Source of the DNA: Candidatus Altiarchaeota archaeon
Lineage (GTDB): Archaea; Altiarchaeota; Altiarchaeia; IMC4; QMZM01
Assembly: GCA_038891095.1 (NCBI GenBank)
Contig: JAWAEV010000004.1
Location: 570-64,569, forward strand
Reading direction: 5' to 3'
Length of the DNA stretch: 64,000 bases
The translations under genes and the position numbers were made by a program. Positions 55,347 through 64,000 of the stretch are shown here, one piece after another (positions within the stretch are counted from its first letter, which is position 1; each line of letters starts with the position of its first letter). The notes below the pieces were generated by a model. That model saw only the letters and a list, made by a program, of their open reading frames with translations, did not search any database and had not been told where the DNA came from.

Positions 55347-56693
55347 CTATCTAGACCTCTTAATTTTACTCCTTATGAAAAATATGGCTATCAAAATTAC
55401 TGCAAAAATGAAGAACATTAAAGCGATACTAAAGTCAAACTCCTGTTTTTGCATTTTATCTTTTTCACCAAAAAGTTTTTTTTGCACACTATCAAATCGA
55501 TTGAGCATTATCTCATAATTTGAATATCTTGACTCTTCATCTCCTAAAATCTCAGAATCTTGTTCTTGGTATAGGAAATCACGTGCCTTGTTAAGAGAAC
55601 TAATATTCTTGTTTAATACAGAATCAAGGTAATAGAAGTGAGACATTCTAAGCGATAAATTAGTTTTTAATAGTTTGTCCATATAGATTACAGACTCGTT
55701 GTAGTTTCCCGCCATTAGATAACAGTACGATACATCATTGTACAATCCCAATAGATATCCTGACATAGCAGTTACATTTACACTTTTAGCATAATTTCTA
55801 CAAATAGCCTCATCACCTAATTCAAGGAAATATTCTTTAATTTCCATTATTCTATTTCTGGTAGAGCTGCTATGTGCTATGTCAATTGCCCTATCTAAGT
55901 CACTGATGTTTGATGTGACTACGGCCCGTGCAGTATAATAGATTCTTGTGGTGTAGTATACTGATCCTATTTCAGTGAGATTATACCTCTCCCAAGAATC
56001 TAAAACTCTCTTTGCAATTTCTTTAGACTTTTGTACATCATTAATTTTTATGAGATACATCCATGATGCAATATCATAGTCTGAAAACGCACTATTTGGA
56101 TCATTTTTTTCCAACCAACTTTCAGCAGCTTTTACATAACTTTCAGCAGCTTTTCTATAATATTCTTTTGCCAAATCTTTTTTATTTATTTTTTCGTATG
56201 TTATCGCAGCACTTCCATAATATCTTGCTGTGTTGTCATAATCTTTTCTGTCAAGATATACCTCAGCCTCTTCTATTAGCATATCTGCTATTTTTATCTG
56301 GTACTCATCATAGAGTTTTCTATTACCTCTTTTTTCATATATCTTAGAAATCAATCCATATTGAATTGCTGCATTCTCATAATCTCTATCACTAAAAGCC
56401 TCATTAGCTCCTTTGATGTAATACTCTATGGCTTTGTCGTAATATCGGCTAGAATTTTTAGTATCTACTATCTCCTCAAAGCATTTAGCAAGTTCGTCAT
56501 ATTTCATTCCAATAGCGAAGTAGTCGCATATAAGTTCTTTATGTAAGCACTTCTCAAGTTTGCTTAATTGCTCTGAACACTCATTAGAGGCCATAGTAAT
56601 ATTTGAAAATAAAAATAAGACAACAGCTAATATCAAAAAAACAGAAATCTTTCTTAAATCTGGAATTAAAAAATCTTTTATTTCTTTTTTCAT
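55347..56693 (-). CDS. TPR/SNAP-like helical repeat protein with an N-terminal signal and a C-terminal TM anchor
   Basis: 448 aa. It has repeated A..Y..KA...Y helical-pair patterns (YYDKAIEYYIKGANEAF, ARYYGSAAITYEK, EYYRKAAESYVKAAESW). The C-terminal anchor is IALMFFIFAVILIAIFFIRSKIKRSR. Confidence 0.5.
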   Translation of the reverse strand: MKKEIKDFLIPDLRKISVFLILAVVLFLFSNITMASNECSEQLSKLEKCLHKELICDYFAIGMKYDELAKCFEEIVDTKNSSRYYDKAIEYYIKGANEAFSDRDYENAAIQYGLISKIYEKRGNRKLYDEYQIKIADMLIEEAEVYLDRKDYDNTARYYGSAAITYEKINKKDLAKEYYRKAAESYVKAAESWLEKNDPNSAFSDYDIASWMYLIKINDVQKSKEIAKRVLDSWERYNLTEIGSVYYTTRIYYTARAVVTSNISDLDRAIDIAHSSSTRNRIMEIKEYFLELGDEAICRNYAKSVNVTAMSGYLLGLYNDVSYCYLMAGNYNESVIYMDKLLKTNLSLRMSHFYYLDSVLNKNISSLNKARDFLYQEQDSEILGDEESRYSNYEIMLNRFDSVQKKLFGEKDKMQKQEFDFSIALMFFIFAVILIAIFFIRSKIKRSR

Positions 56694-56891
56694 ATTCCTA
56701 AGCTCTCAACCACTAATCTCCTATCGTTCAAAAAATTCTAATTAAAGTTATATATTGTATTCTTAGGAAAATATTCCTTAAAAAGCTATTTTCGTGTGTT
56801 TTTTGTTATACGCAATGATAGTTTAAAAAGAGTTGCGGTAGTTTCGTGGCATAAAAACAGTAACTATTTTAAATGATTTTTGCCTTTTGAG

Positions 56892-58064
56892 TTAAATTCC
56901 ATTTTTTGCTTCCAATAATTTTGCTTCTAAAGCTTCATAACTCATCTCTTCGATTTCATCTAACCTTTCTAATTCAAACAATCCTGCTACCAAACCTAAA
57001 AACAATAAATGTTTTTCTCTCCCTTTAGTTTCAAACCATCTCTTTATTATCTCTTCAAGTTCTTTTGAAGCTCTAAAATGCGGATGAAGCGATTTCTCAA
57101 TTGATTCTAGATAATGCCCCATTTTTACTTCCTCCCCTTTATGCATTTTTGCAGCAAGTTCGCCTGCTAAATTTCCACTTATTATTGCTGGAAGAATGCC
57201 CTCAATAAATGGTTTCAAGCTATGGTTTGCTGCATCACCTGCTAATAAAACATTTCCATGAATCCATTTGTTAGTTATGTCTCCAACAACTGCTTTCTTA
57301 CTTCTTTCATTAACAAATTTTGCATCTTTCAGCTGCTCTTTTACTTGTTTTATATTTAAAAATTCTTCAAAGTAATGCTCCAATTTTCTTTCAGGAAAAA
57401 TGCCTCCAACACCAACATTTGCTTCTGTTCGTGACTTAGGAAAGATATATGCATAGCCTGAAGGCGTAAAATCACCTATATAAATTTGTTCAAAATGCGG
57501 ATTTTTTAGCTTAAGATTTTTCATTTCCCATGAATGAACTTCAGAGATATGTCCTCTCTTTGGTTTGTACTCTCCTAAAAGTTTTAGAACAGTGGACTCA
57601 ACACCGTCAGCTCCGATAATAACTTTTGGTTCAATTTCGATAAGTTTTTCATTTCGTCTAATGATAGCTTTCTTAACCTCATCATTTTTTATATCAAAAT
57701 CTATTAGCTCAGTATCAAGAAAAAGTTTTGCACCTTCTCTTATGGCTAAAGTGGATAGCCACTTATCAAATTTTTCTCTATCTACAGTGTAACCATCCCA
57801 TATCTCACCTTCTCTTTTTATTGATATATTTTCTGCTAAAAAAATCATACCATCAATTCGCCATCTAAGTTGCTCCTTTGGAATTTTAAACGGTAAATAA
57901 GGAAAGAGGTACTTTCCAATGCCCTCAGCGCATTTAACTGGAATTCCAACTTCTTTTTTCTTGTCGATGAAAATTGTTTTTGCCCCATTTATTGCAGCAG
58001 CCCTTGCAGCAGAACTTCCAGCAGGACCTGCTCCTATAACGAGAATGTCACATTTAATTGCCAT
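56892..58064 (-). CDS. Digeranylgeranylglycerophospholipid reductase-like (geranylgeranyl reductase family)
   Basis: 390 aa with CDILVIGAGPAGSSAA, KCAEGI, IGADGVES and VLLAGDAANH. Confidence 0.85.
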   Translation of the reverse strand: MAIKCDILVIGAGPAGSSAARAAAINGAKTIFIDKKKEVGIPVKCAEGIGKYLFPYLPFKIPKEQLRWRIDGMIFLAENISIKREGEIWDGYTVDREKFDKWLSTLAIREGAKLFLDTELIDFDIKNDEVKKAIIRRNEKLIEIEPKVIIGADGVESTVLKLLGEYKPKRGHISEVHSWEMKNLKLKNPHFEQIYIGDFTPSGYAYIFPKSRTEANVGVGGIFPERKLEHYFEEFLNIKQVKEQLKDAKFVNERSKKAVVGDITNKWIHGNVLLAGDAANHSLKPFIEGILPAIISGNLAGELAAKMHKGEEVKMGHYLESIEKSLHPHFRASKELEEIIKRWFETKGREKHLLFLGLVAGLFELERLDEIEEMSYEALEAKLLEAKNGI

Positions 58065-58211
58065 CCCATACTTATTTTAAATATATTATTATTTTATAAT
58101 TTTATTTACTAAAAATATATAAACATACTGTGAACATGAAAATATTCTCATTCAAAGAGAGGAAAAATAAGATTTCAACAAATTGCACAGAGAGATAATA
58201 AATTTTTCAAT

Positions 58212-58529
58212 TCAGATAACAATCCCTTCTTTTATAGCTTCACTCACAATTGTAACCCCCTTGGAAAGTTTTTCAAATTCCTCAGGAGTGTAGCACAGAA
58301 AATCTACTGGAAGATTTAAAGTCCAGTAGTTATACATTTTTGCTCCTCTCTGAAAGAAATCAAGTTTTCTGAATTTCGGGCTAACAATGATTAAGTCTAC
58401 ATCGCTGTCTCTCCTTGATTTACTATGAACTCTGCTTCCGAATAGTATTAACCTCTCTATAGGAATATCCTTACTTAGTCTTTCTTTAAACTCCTTCAAT
58501 TTCTCAATTATATGTTCTCTTCCGCCCAT
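58212..58529 (-). CDS. Minimal nucleotidyltransferase (MNT), partner of the HEPN gene
   Basis: 105 aa with the motif LFGSRVHSKSRRDSDVDLIIV (GS-x9-10-D-x-D). Its start overlaps the HEPN reading frame by about 22 nt. Confidence 0.8.
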   Translation of the reverse strand: MGGREHIIEKLKEFKERLSKDIPIERLILFGSRVHSKSRRDSDVDLIIVSPKFRKLDFFQRGAKMYNYWTLNLPVDFLCYTPEEFEKLSKGVTIVSEAIKEGIVI

Positions 58530-58875
58530 TTCAATGCTTCTGCTGATAATTCTAAAAAATAAGATACTTTCTTCCTTAAATCCACATTATCTTCTAGTTG
58601 TATTCCAGGATAGCGTGAATATATATAAGCCATAGTCAATTCCTTTACATTCTCAAGAAGCGTTTCTGGAATTTTTATACTTTTGCCCAGTTCTACAAGG
58701 TCATGTATCTTTCTCAGTTTACCAGTTTTTTGATTGATACAGCCCTAAATGCTTTCTCAACAGCTTGTTGACAATAAAAAGCCGCAGCTTTATATTTCTT
58801 ATTTTTATATAAAATATTAGCCGTCTCCAAATCTTCAACTGCTTGTTTCAGCCATGTCTCAACTTCATTAGTCAT
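58508..58875 (-). pseudogene. HEPN-domain gene interrupted by a frameshift in an A6 run
   Basis: The N-terminal part (58714-58875) reads MTNEVETWLKQAVEDLETANILYKNKKYKAAAFYCQQAVEKAF.... The C-terminal part, in another frame (58508-58713), reads RKIHDLVELGK...YIYSRYPG...LSAEALKWAEENI. Adding one A to the minus-strand AAAAAA at 58725-58730 restores ...SIKKTGKLRKIHDL.... Confidence 0.75.
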
Positions 58876-60074
58876 GTTAGGATATTTAAATATATTAGAT
58901 TTCAAATTTAATTAAACAAAGACAATAAGCAATTAGTTACATTATTGCCATCCCATTTAACTTATATTATCTTCTCTAATAAAAACATATGGATATGAAG
59001 CTACTCGTTCATTCAAGGAACAAATTAAATGCTAAAAGAGCAATCAAATTCATCGGGTCTCTAAAAAGCAAGTTAGCTATTGTGCATTCTCCAATCAAGG
59101 ATGAAGTTTTATTTTTAAATTTCTTCACACTTAATTCAAAAGCTAAAAATACCTTTCGTTGGATGAGAGTTTCTGGAATAGCAACAAATGAAGAGGAGTA
59201 TAGTAAAATTCTGTTGCGATTGCAGTTTTATGTAAAAATTTTGGTGTGAATATTCTTTCATGAAAGATTAATTATAAGCTAAAGAGACTGCAAAGAAAGA
59301 GATCTCTAAATGAATTAAGAGAATAATTTATGTGGATCATACTCTACGAACAATTCAAAATAATTTTCCAAAGATGCAATTGTGGTGAGGTGCGTCTCCA
59401 TATAAGCCAATAGTTTTTTTCTTCTGAAGGTAAATTTGAAGATACGCTCGTTTTCGCAGTTTTAAGAAATGTTAATGTTGACTTTACAATATTTTTCCGG
59501 AGGAAAATTTGAAAAGACAGCGAAGAATATGAAATAACAAGATCTGATAATCATTGCATATACGAATTGATGGAAAGAATGCAGCTGAAGAATATTCAAA
59601 AATGCAATATATAGGAGCATGTTTTCAAAACATTCTTTTTTACTTACTATGCCAGATGTTTCAGAGTTTTTAAAATTCTTTCCAATGCTAATTCAACTCT
59701 GTATGGGGGCGTTATTAGAACTTGTATGATGGGTTTAGGAAGGAAAAATGAGGGAATTGTTGAGCTATTTTGGTATTAACTCTCGCAATTTTATCAATTT
59801 TATTTGTTGGAGAATCACTTAGTAACTTTAGGATATAAAGCCAAAGGGAACAAAACTAAAATGGAAGATTATATCCTGGAAACCATTTCAAGACATATAA
59901 AATCTAGCTAAGAAACTTAAACTTTAAAAGCCATACTAATAAATTCTTGCGTGATAAGAAAATTTTGGATTAACTTTGATTTTGAAACCTTAGGAAAGAA
60001 ATTGAAGAAATTTTTTAGTTCATGAGTGCGCAGTTAAAAAATTAAAAATCTTTTGAGAAATCAGAATATGTTTC

Positions 60075-60518
60075 TTACTTCCAAATCTCGACTTCTAAAG
60101 TCCCAGGATGCACTTCACTCTGAGAAAATCTTATTGCAACAGGAAGTTTAACTATTCTAGTAAAATTTGTTGAAGAAAAATCAGCACCACAAGAACAGAG
60201 TAAAATTCCATCTTCCAAATCGTTTACTTTATAATTTAACTTATAGTTTGAGAAAGAAAAAGTACAGTTTTTACATATTTTACTAACATCTAAAAGACGA
60301 GAATAAGAGCTAGAATCTACATATGACCATTCTGTTGATACTTTGTCTGCAATGATCCATGCAGTCCTGTAAATGTCTAATTTGGCAGAAGCAGAGACAT
60401 AATTTGTTAATAAGTTATTGAGAGCAGTTAAAAGAATAGCTATTGCAAGAATTAAAATTATAAGTAGGACTAAATCCTCTCCGAGAGGGCCGGCTTGACC
60501 TTTTGTACCAAATATCAT
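60075..60518 (-). CDS. Class III signal peptide (pilin-like) protein
   Basis: 147 aa with the N-terminus MIFGTKGQAGPLGEDLVLLIILILAIAILL: a basic residue, then G-Q, then a hydrophobic helix. Confidence 0.6.
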   Translation of the reverse strand: MIFGTKGQAGPLGEDLVLLIILILAIAILLTALNNLLTNYVSASAKLDIYRTAWIIADKVSTEWSYVDSSSYSRLLDVSKICKNCTFSFSNYKLNYKVNDLEDGILLCSCGADFSSTNFTRIVKLPVAIRFSQSEVHPGTLEVEIWK

Positions 60519-60776
60519 GTTTTAGATTTGAAAAATCTTCATTCCTACATCATAGAATTATCTACCCTCTATACCCTACTCCAGAATCTTTGATGCTTTC
60601 TCAAATGATATATCTTACTCTCCTTTTATATAACTGTGTCACAGCAGATAGTTCTAAACTTGATTTTATCTTGAATAAACTCATATAGCCTTTCTTTACC
60701 ATATCTGAAATTACTTACAGGGCCTATATTTTAGTATAGGGAAATGAAAAGATAAATATTGGGGTTCTCTATAGAT

Positions 60777-61274
60777 TTATGTTAGTACCTCTATCAAGTA
60801 TTCTTTCTCTAAATTTGTACTGTCGTTTCTAATCCAATATACTATTGTGAGATTATATTTTCCCGGACCATCTAAAGACTTATTGCCACGATAAATAAGT
60901 TCAACATCCAAAGAATATTCCTTAACTAAATTAATTTCTCTTTTGAGGAGTATACTAGAATTTTTTACCTCAATATTATAACCAGGAGGTAAATTCAGAA
61001 AAATTTGTTCTGTTGAGCCAATATCTCCTAAAGTATAGACCGAATTTATCGCAGTTATTATTTTTTTAGTCTCAGAGATAGCTTTTTCTCTTTCTGTGAT
61101 AGCTTGCCATTCTCTAAAAATTGGGAATATAAGTAATGCCGTCAAGAACAAAATTATTCCTGCTAAAAGAAGAAAAAAAGGGGAGGTCTCTATACCTCTT
61201 TTATTCTTACTCAAATTTGAGAGTTTTGCTATTGTAGAGTACATTAAGCACCATAATTTTTTATCTACTTGCAT
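60777..61274 (-). CDS. Class III signal peptide (pilin-like) protein
   Basis: 165 aa ORF. KNKRGIETSPFFLLLAGIILFLTALLIF shares the K(K/R)GIET motif with the upstream small pilin. The true start is probably the internal Met (MYSTIAK...). Confidence 0.6.
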   Translation of the reverse strand: MQVDKKLWCLMYSTIAKLSNLSKNKRGIETSPFFLLLAGIILFLTALLIFPIFREWQAITEREKAISETKKIITAINSVYTLGDIGSTEQIFLNLPPGYNIEVKNSSILLKREINLVKEYSLDVELIYRGNKSLDGPGKYNLTIVYWIRNDSTNLEKEYLIEVLT

Positions 61275-61458
61275 TGGTTAGAGTCTGATTTGCTTGGGAT
61301 AATGCTCTTTGAAGCATGTCACCAACTTGTCCCATTAAACCGGTTATCATTGCTATTAGCAATACCAAAATTATCGCAGCGAGTACAAATACTAAGACTT
61401 TAGTTTCTATACCCTTCTTGTTCTTCAAAAATTTTTTAAGTTCTTCTTTGAAGGCCAT
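61261..61458 (-). CDS. Small (65 aa) type IV pilin-like protein, candidate major pilin
   Basis: The sequence is MAFKEELKKFLKNKKGIETKVLVFVLAAIILVLLIAMITGL followed by a short polar tail. Its size and layout resemble Flp-like or short archaeal pilins. Confidence 0.6.
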   Translation of the reverse strand: MAFKEELKKFLKNKKGIETKVLVFVLAAIILVLLIAMITGLMGQVGDMLQRALSQANQTLTNASR

Positions 61459-61545
61459 TTTGAGTTTACTTTTAGTTTTTTATTAGATAATATATTTCAT
61501 TACAGTTATAAAAATACTATTAACTTTAAAAAAAAGGTTAAAATT
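61459..61545. promoter_or_regulatory. Divergent promoter region between the pilin genes and the platform gene
   Basis: An 87 bp AT-rich spacer contains TTATAAAAAT and an SD-like AAGGT 8 nt before the 61546 ATG. Confidence 0.3.
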
Positions 61546-63471
61546 ATGAAATTTAACGAAATTGAGAAGAAAACATGGGCAGAAAATTTATTTGAGAGAG
61601 CTTGCATAGGAACGAATAAATATTTTTCGTTTTTTTTCAAGGGCATAAATTTAGAATGGGATAAAGAACTTGAGAGCTCTATAGAATTTTCTCAATTAAA
61701 TGTAAAACCAAGAGAAGTGGTCGTTTTTGCATGGTCTATAGCTCTACTCTCCTTAGTTTTCTCTCTAATAGTTGCTATAGTTTCATTTGCTCTTAAAATT
61801 GGGAATTATCTCTTGTTTATTTTAGTAGGCTTTATTTTTGCTCTTTTTTCTGCGTACTATATCCCAGAGTATCCTAAAAAATTAGCCTCGTTAAAGAGAA
61901 TAAGAGCATTGAGTTATGCTCCTGAAATAGTTGCTTATCTTGTCATCCCTTTAAAGCAGAATCCTAACTTAGAAGATGCAGTAAAATTTGCAGCAGAATA
62001 TGGACAAGGTGAAATAGCTTTGGATTTAAAAAAAGCCATACTAGAGACATGGGCGGGGAATTATAAGTCCATAGGAGAGAGTCTGCCATTATTAGGATAT
62101 AAATGGGGCAAGCACATTAAAGGCTTTGAAGATGCTATGTATGCAATAAGAACTTCTCAAATTGAAAAGTCAGAGCAAAGAAGATTAAACACCTTAGACA
62201 GAGCAATAGATTCTCTACTTAAAGGAATCCAAAAGAAATTTGACGAATTTGTCAATTATTTAAGGCTTCCTACCATGCTCATCTTCGCTTTTGGGGCATT
62301 GTTCCCTTTAGTCGTGACAATTTTGTTGCCTCTAATATCCTTTATTATTATAGACATGGGAACTCCGATAAATTTATTTATTGGATTGCTTAGCATCATA
62401 ATAGGCGTATTTTTATTTTCAGAGCATACTTTAAGAAAAAGGCCCTCTACCTTTCCTTTTATAGAAATTCCTGATAACCATCCTGACTTACCACCTAGAG
62501 GAAAGATGAAACTCTTTGGTAAGGAAAAGTCAATTTTCAAAATTTCAGTTGGAACAGGAATTTTAATTTCTTCTCTGAGTTTACCTTTTTTACTTTCTTT
62601 GCAGCATCCAATTACTAACTTCTTGAATACTTTGCCAATAATTATAGGAATTTCATTATGCTTATGGATTTATCTTAGAGAAACTTCACTTCAAAAAAAG
62701 AAAATAAGAGATGAAATAAAAGAAACTGAAGAGGATATGATAGAAGCAACATTTCATTTGGGGAATAGACTTCTTTCTGGGATGTCTGCAGAAGAAGCTT
62801 TTGTGAGAGTTTCAGAATTAATGTCAAAGCCAAATGGGGGGAAAAATTATAAATCAAAAATAAAGGAGATATTTGAAAGGGCAGCTAGAAATGTAAAATA
62901 TATGAATTTAGGTTTAGAAGAAAGTTTTTTTGATGAGAAAATAGGTGCTCTTAAAGATATATACTCCGGAATGATTAGAGGCATCTTTAGAATTTTTATC
63001 ATCTCCATGAAAAAAAGCATAAGGACTGCATCAGAATCTTTAATAACTACAGCAAATCATATTCGCGAGATAAAAAGAATGGAAGATTCTTTAAAAGAAA
63101 AAATTTCCTATACAACTCAGATGATGAAACTTACAGCAACAATAATTACTCCAGCAATTTGTGCATTAACTGTTTACATTGCAGAAGTTTTCAAGAAAAT
63201 AATCACAGAAACTAAAACAGTAATGAGTGTAGGGACATCAGCAGAATTTGAAACCAGTTTAATTTTAAAACCTCCGGCGACTTCACCAGAGATATTACAG
63301 TTAATAGTTGGCATTTATATGCTTCTTCTGTTAATTGTTTTGATAAGGTATGTCACAATTTTGGAAAATGGCGATGACCCTATTTTAGTGAAAATAGAAA
63401 TTGCAAAGAATATTCCAATTGCATTAATTACTTTTCTAACAACTTTATTTATGAGCAAAATTTTTTTTTAA
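61546..63471 (+). CDS. Polytopic membrane protein, PilC/TadC/FlaJ-like (type IV filament platform) candidate
   Basis: 641 aa. Two soluble helical regions (about aa 120-240 and 395-480) are each followed by TM clusters, as in T2SSF-domain proteins. It is divergent from three pilin-like genes. Assignment by eye only. Confidence 0.5.
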   Translation: MKFNEIEKKTWAENLFERACIGTNKYFSFFFKGINLEWDKELESSIEFSQLNVKPREVVVFAWSIALLSLVFSLIVAIVSFALKIGNYLLFILVGFIFALFSAYYIPEYPKKLASLKRIRALSYAPEIVAYLVIPLKQNPNLEDAVKFAAEYGQGEIALDLKKAILETWAGNYKSIGESLPLLGYKWGKHIKGFEDAMYAIRTSQIEKSEQRRLNTLDRAIDSLLKGIQKKFDEFVNYLRLPTMLIFAFGALFPLVVTILLPLISFIIIDMGTPINLFIGLLSIIIGVFLFSEHTLRKRPSTFPFIEIPDNHPDLPPRGKMKLFGKEKSIFKISVGTGILISSLSLPFLLSLQHPITNFLNTLPIIIGISLCLWIYLRETSLQKKKIRDEIKETEEDMIEATFHLGNRLLSGMSAEEAFVRVSELMSKPNGGKNYKSKIKEIFERAARNVKYMNLGLEESFFDEKIGALKDIYSGMIRGIFRIFIISMKKSIRTASESLITTANHIREIKRMEDSLKEKISYTTQMMKLTATIITPAICALTVYIAEVFKKIITETKTVMSVGTSAEFETSLILKPPATSPEILQLIVGIYMLLLLIVLIRYVTILENGDDPILVKIEIAKNIPIALITFLTTLFMSKIFF

Positions 63472-63490
63472 ATGCCAAGAATTAAAAACA

Positions 63491-64000
63491 ATGAAAAAAT
63501 TTTGCAACCCTATATTTTTAGGAGCTATATTTTTTGTAGTTTATATCTGTTCCTTATCAGCATACCGTTACTTTGCAGTCTCTATACTACACACTGAACA
63601 TCCCTCTTTCGTTCCTGCAATTTTTATTTCTATTTTGATTTTTTACATACTTTTTTTCAAAAAGTTAAGTCAATATAGCAAGAAAGAATTGTTGAACATA
63701 TTTGAATATTTTTCTCTGTTTTATCTGCTTTTTTTCTTTGGGATTGCACTTATTATTATACCATCACTTAATGAAAATGTTTCACCTATTATTCCATTCA
63801 TCGACCTAATAGTGAAATTATTGATGATACTTTTAGGATATTACTTCTTGTTAATTTGGGTACCTGGACTATCGAAAAAGAGAAGCATGAGATGCAGTAA
63901 TAAGGGGATGGTAGGGGAATTGTCAAAATTGGCAATTTTGCTAGCAGCTTTAATGCTCTTTTCTTTAATGCTATATTTCCATATTGATTCCAATAGAATT
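63491..64000 (+). CDS. Partial ORF running off the window: 4-TM membrane region followed in frame by a pilin-like N-terminus
   Basis: This ORF is not in the track (no stop before the window end); I translated it myself. The frame is open from the ATG at 63491. An in-frame Met at 63887 starts MRCSNKGMVGELSKLAILLAALMLFSL, which resembles the N-terminus of the 147 aa pilin-like protein. Confidence 0.45.
   Translation, partial: MKKFCNPIFLGAIFFVVYICSLSAYRYFAVSILHTEHPSFVPAIFISILIFYILFFKKLSQYSKKELLNIFEYFSLFYLLFFFGIALIIIPSLNENVSPIIPFIDLIVKLLMILLGYYFLLIWVPGLSKKRSMRCSNKGMVGELSKLAILLAALMLFSLMLYFHIDSNRI

Noticed and set aside
58989-59249. An 86 aa ORF as a genuine gene (a possible partner of the TA module)
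   Set aside because: It has no recognisable motif, is basic and low-complexity, and is followed by stop-rich sequence in all frames. It is reported only as part of the ORF-poor island.
60519-60776. An imperfect inverted repeat (about 60531-60546 versus 60740-60753) flanking the 258 bp spacer between two pilin-like genes, considered as a possible invertible promoter switch
   Set aside because: The arms are only about 13 nt, imperfect and AT-rich, so chance occurrence is likely. No recombinase gene is nearby.

Overview
This is a 64 kb, very AT-rich (about 30% GC by eye), densely coding chromosome segment. It uses the standard genetic code and is clearly archaeal. My guess, by inference only, is a small-genome uncultivated lineage such as DPANN or Altiarchaeota.

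Housekeeping content is well supported by motifs:
- RNA processing: RNase P Pop5 subunit, tRNA-Ile(GAT), archaeosine tRNA-guanine transglycosylase, Nob1.
- DNA metabolism: type IA topoisomerase, an Mre11-like nuclease, primase PriS, family B DNA polymerase.
- Glycosylation: AglB oligosaccharyltransferase and UppS.
- Translation: a methanogen-type (type 2) SerRS and aIF5B.
- The conserved proteasome-alpha/SBDS/Rrp4/Rrp41/Rrp42 superoperon.
- Metabolism: FBP aldolase/phosphatase, mevalonate kinase, an aldo-keto reductase, an MtdA-like dehydrogenase, TrpB2 and three geranylgeranyl-reductase paralogs.

Roughly half the window is accessory cell-surface content:
1. A six-gene, translationally coupled operon (3.4-11.9 kb). 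Four of its proteins have class III (type IV pilin-like) N-termini and carry CARDB, vWA/MIDAS and PSI-like cysteine-knot domains. An Mre11-like nuclease gene is co-transcribed with them.
2. Two tandem multi-module beta-helix surface proteins (17.4-22.4 kb) with near-identical 66 bp tandem repeats and a shared C-terminal GWNLISxP motif.
3. A 2080 aa mosaic adhesin co-transcribed with a TPR protein, a membrane protein and two FAD-dependent reductases (46-56.7 kb).
4. A second pilin locus with a PilC/FlaJ-like platform protein (60-64 kb).

Other notable items are secreted nuclease-like proteins, a KaiC-like/Roadblock/FIST cluster, a frameshifted HEPN-MNT pair, and a roughly 0.8-1.1 kb stretch without ORFs. 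No CRISPR array, rRNA, transposase or integrase was seen. All functional calls rest on motif recognition by eye. No database search was run.
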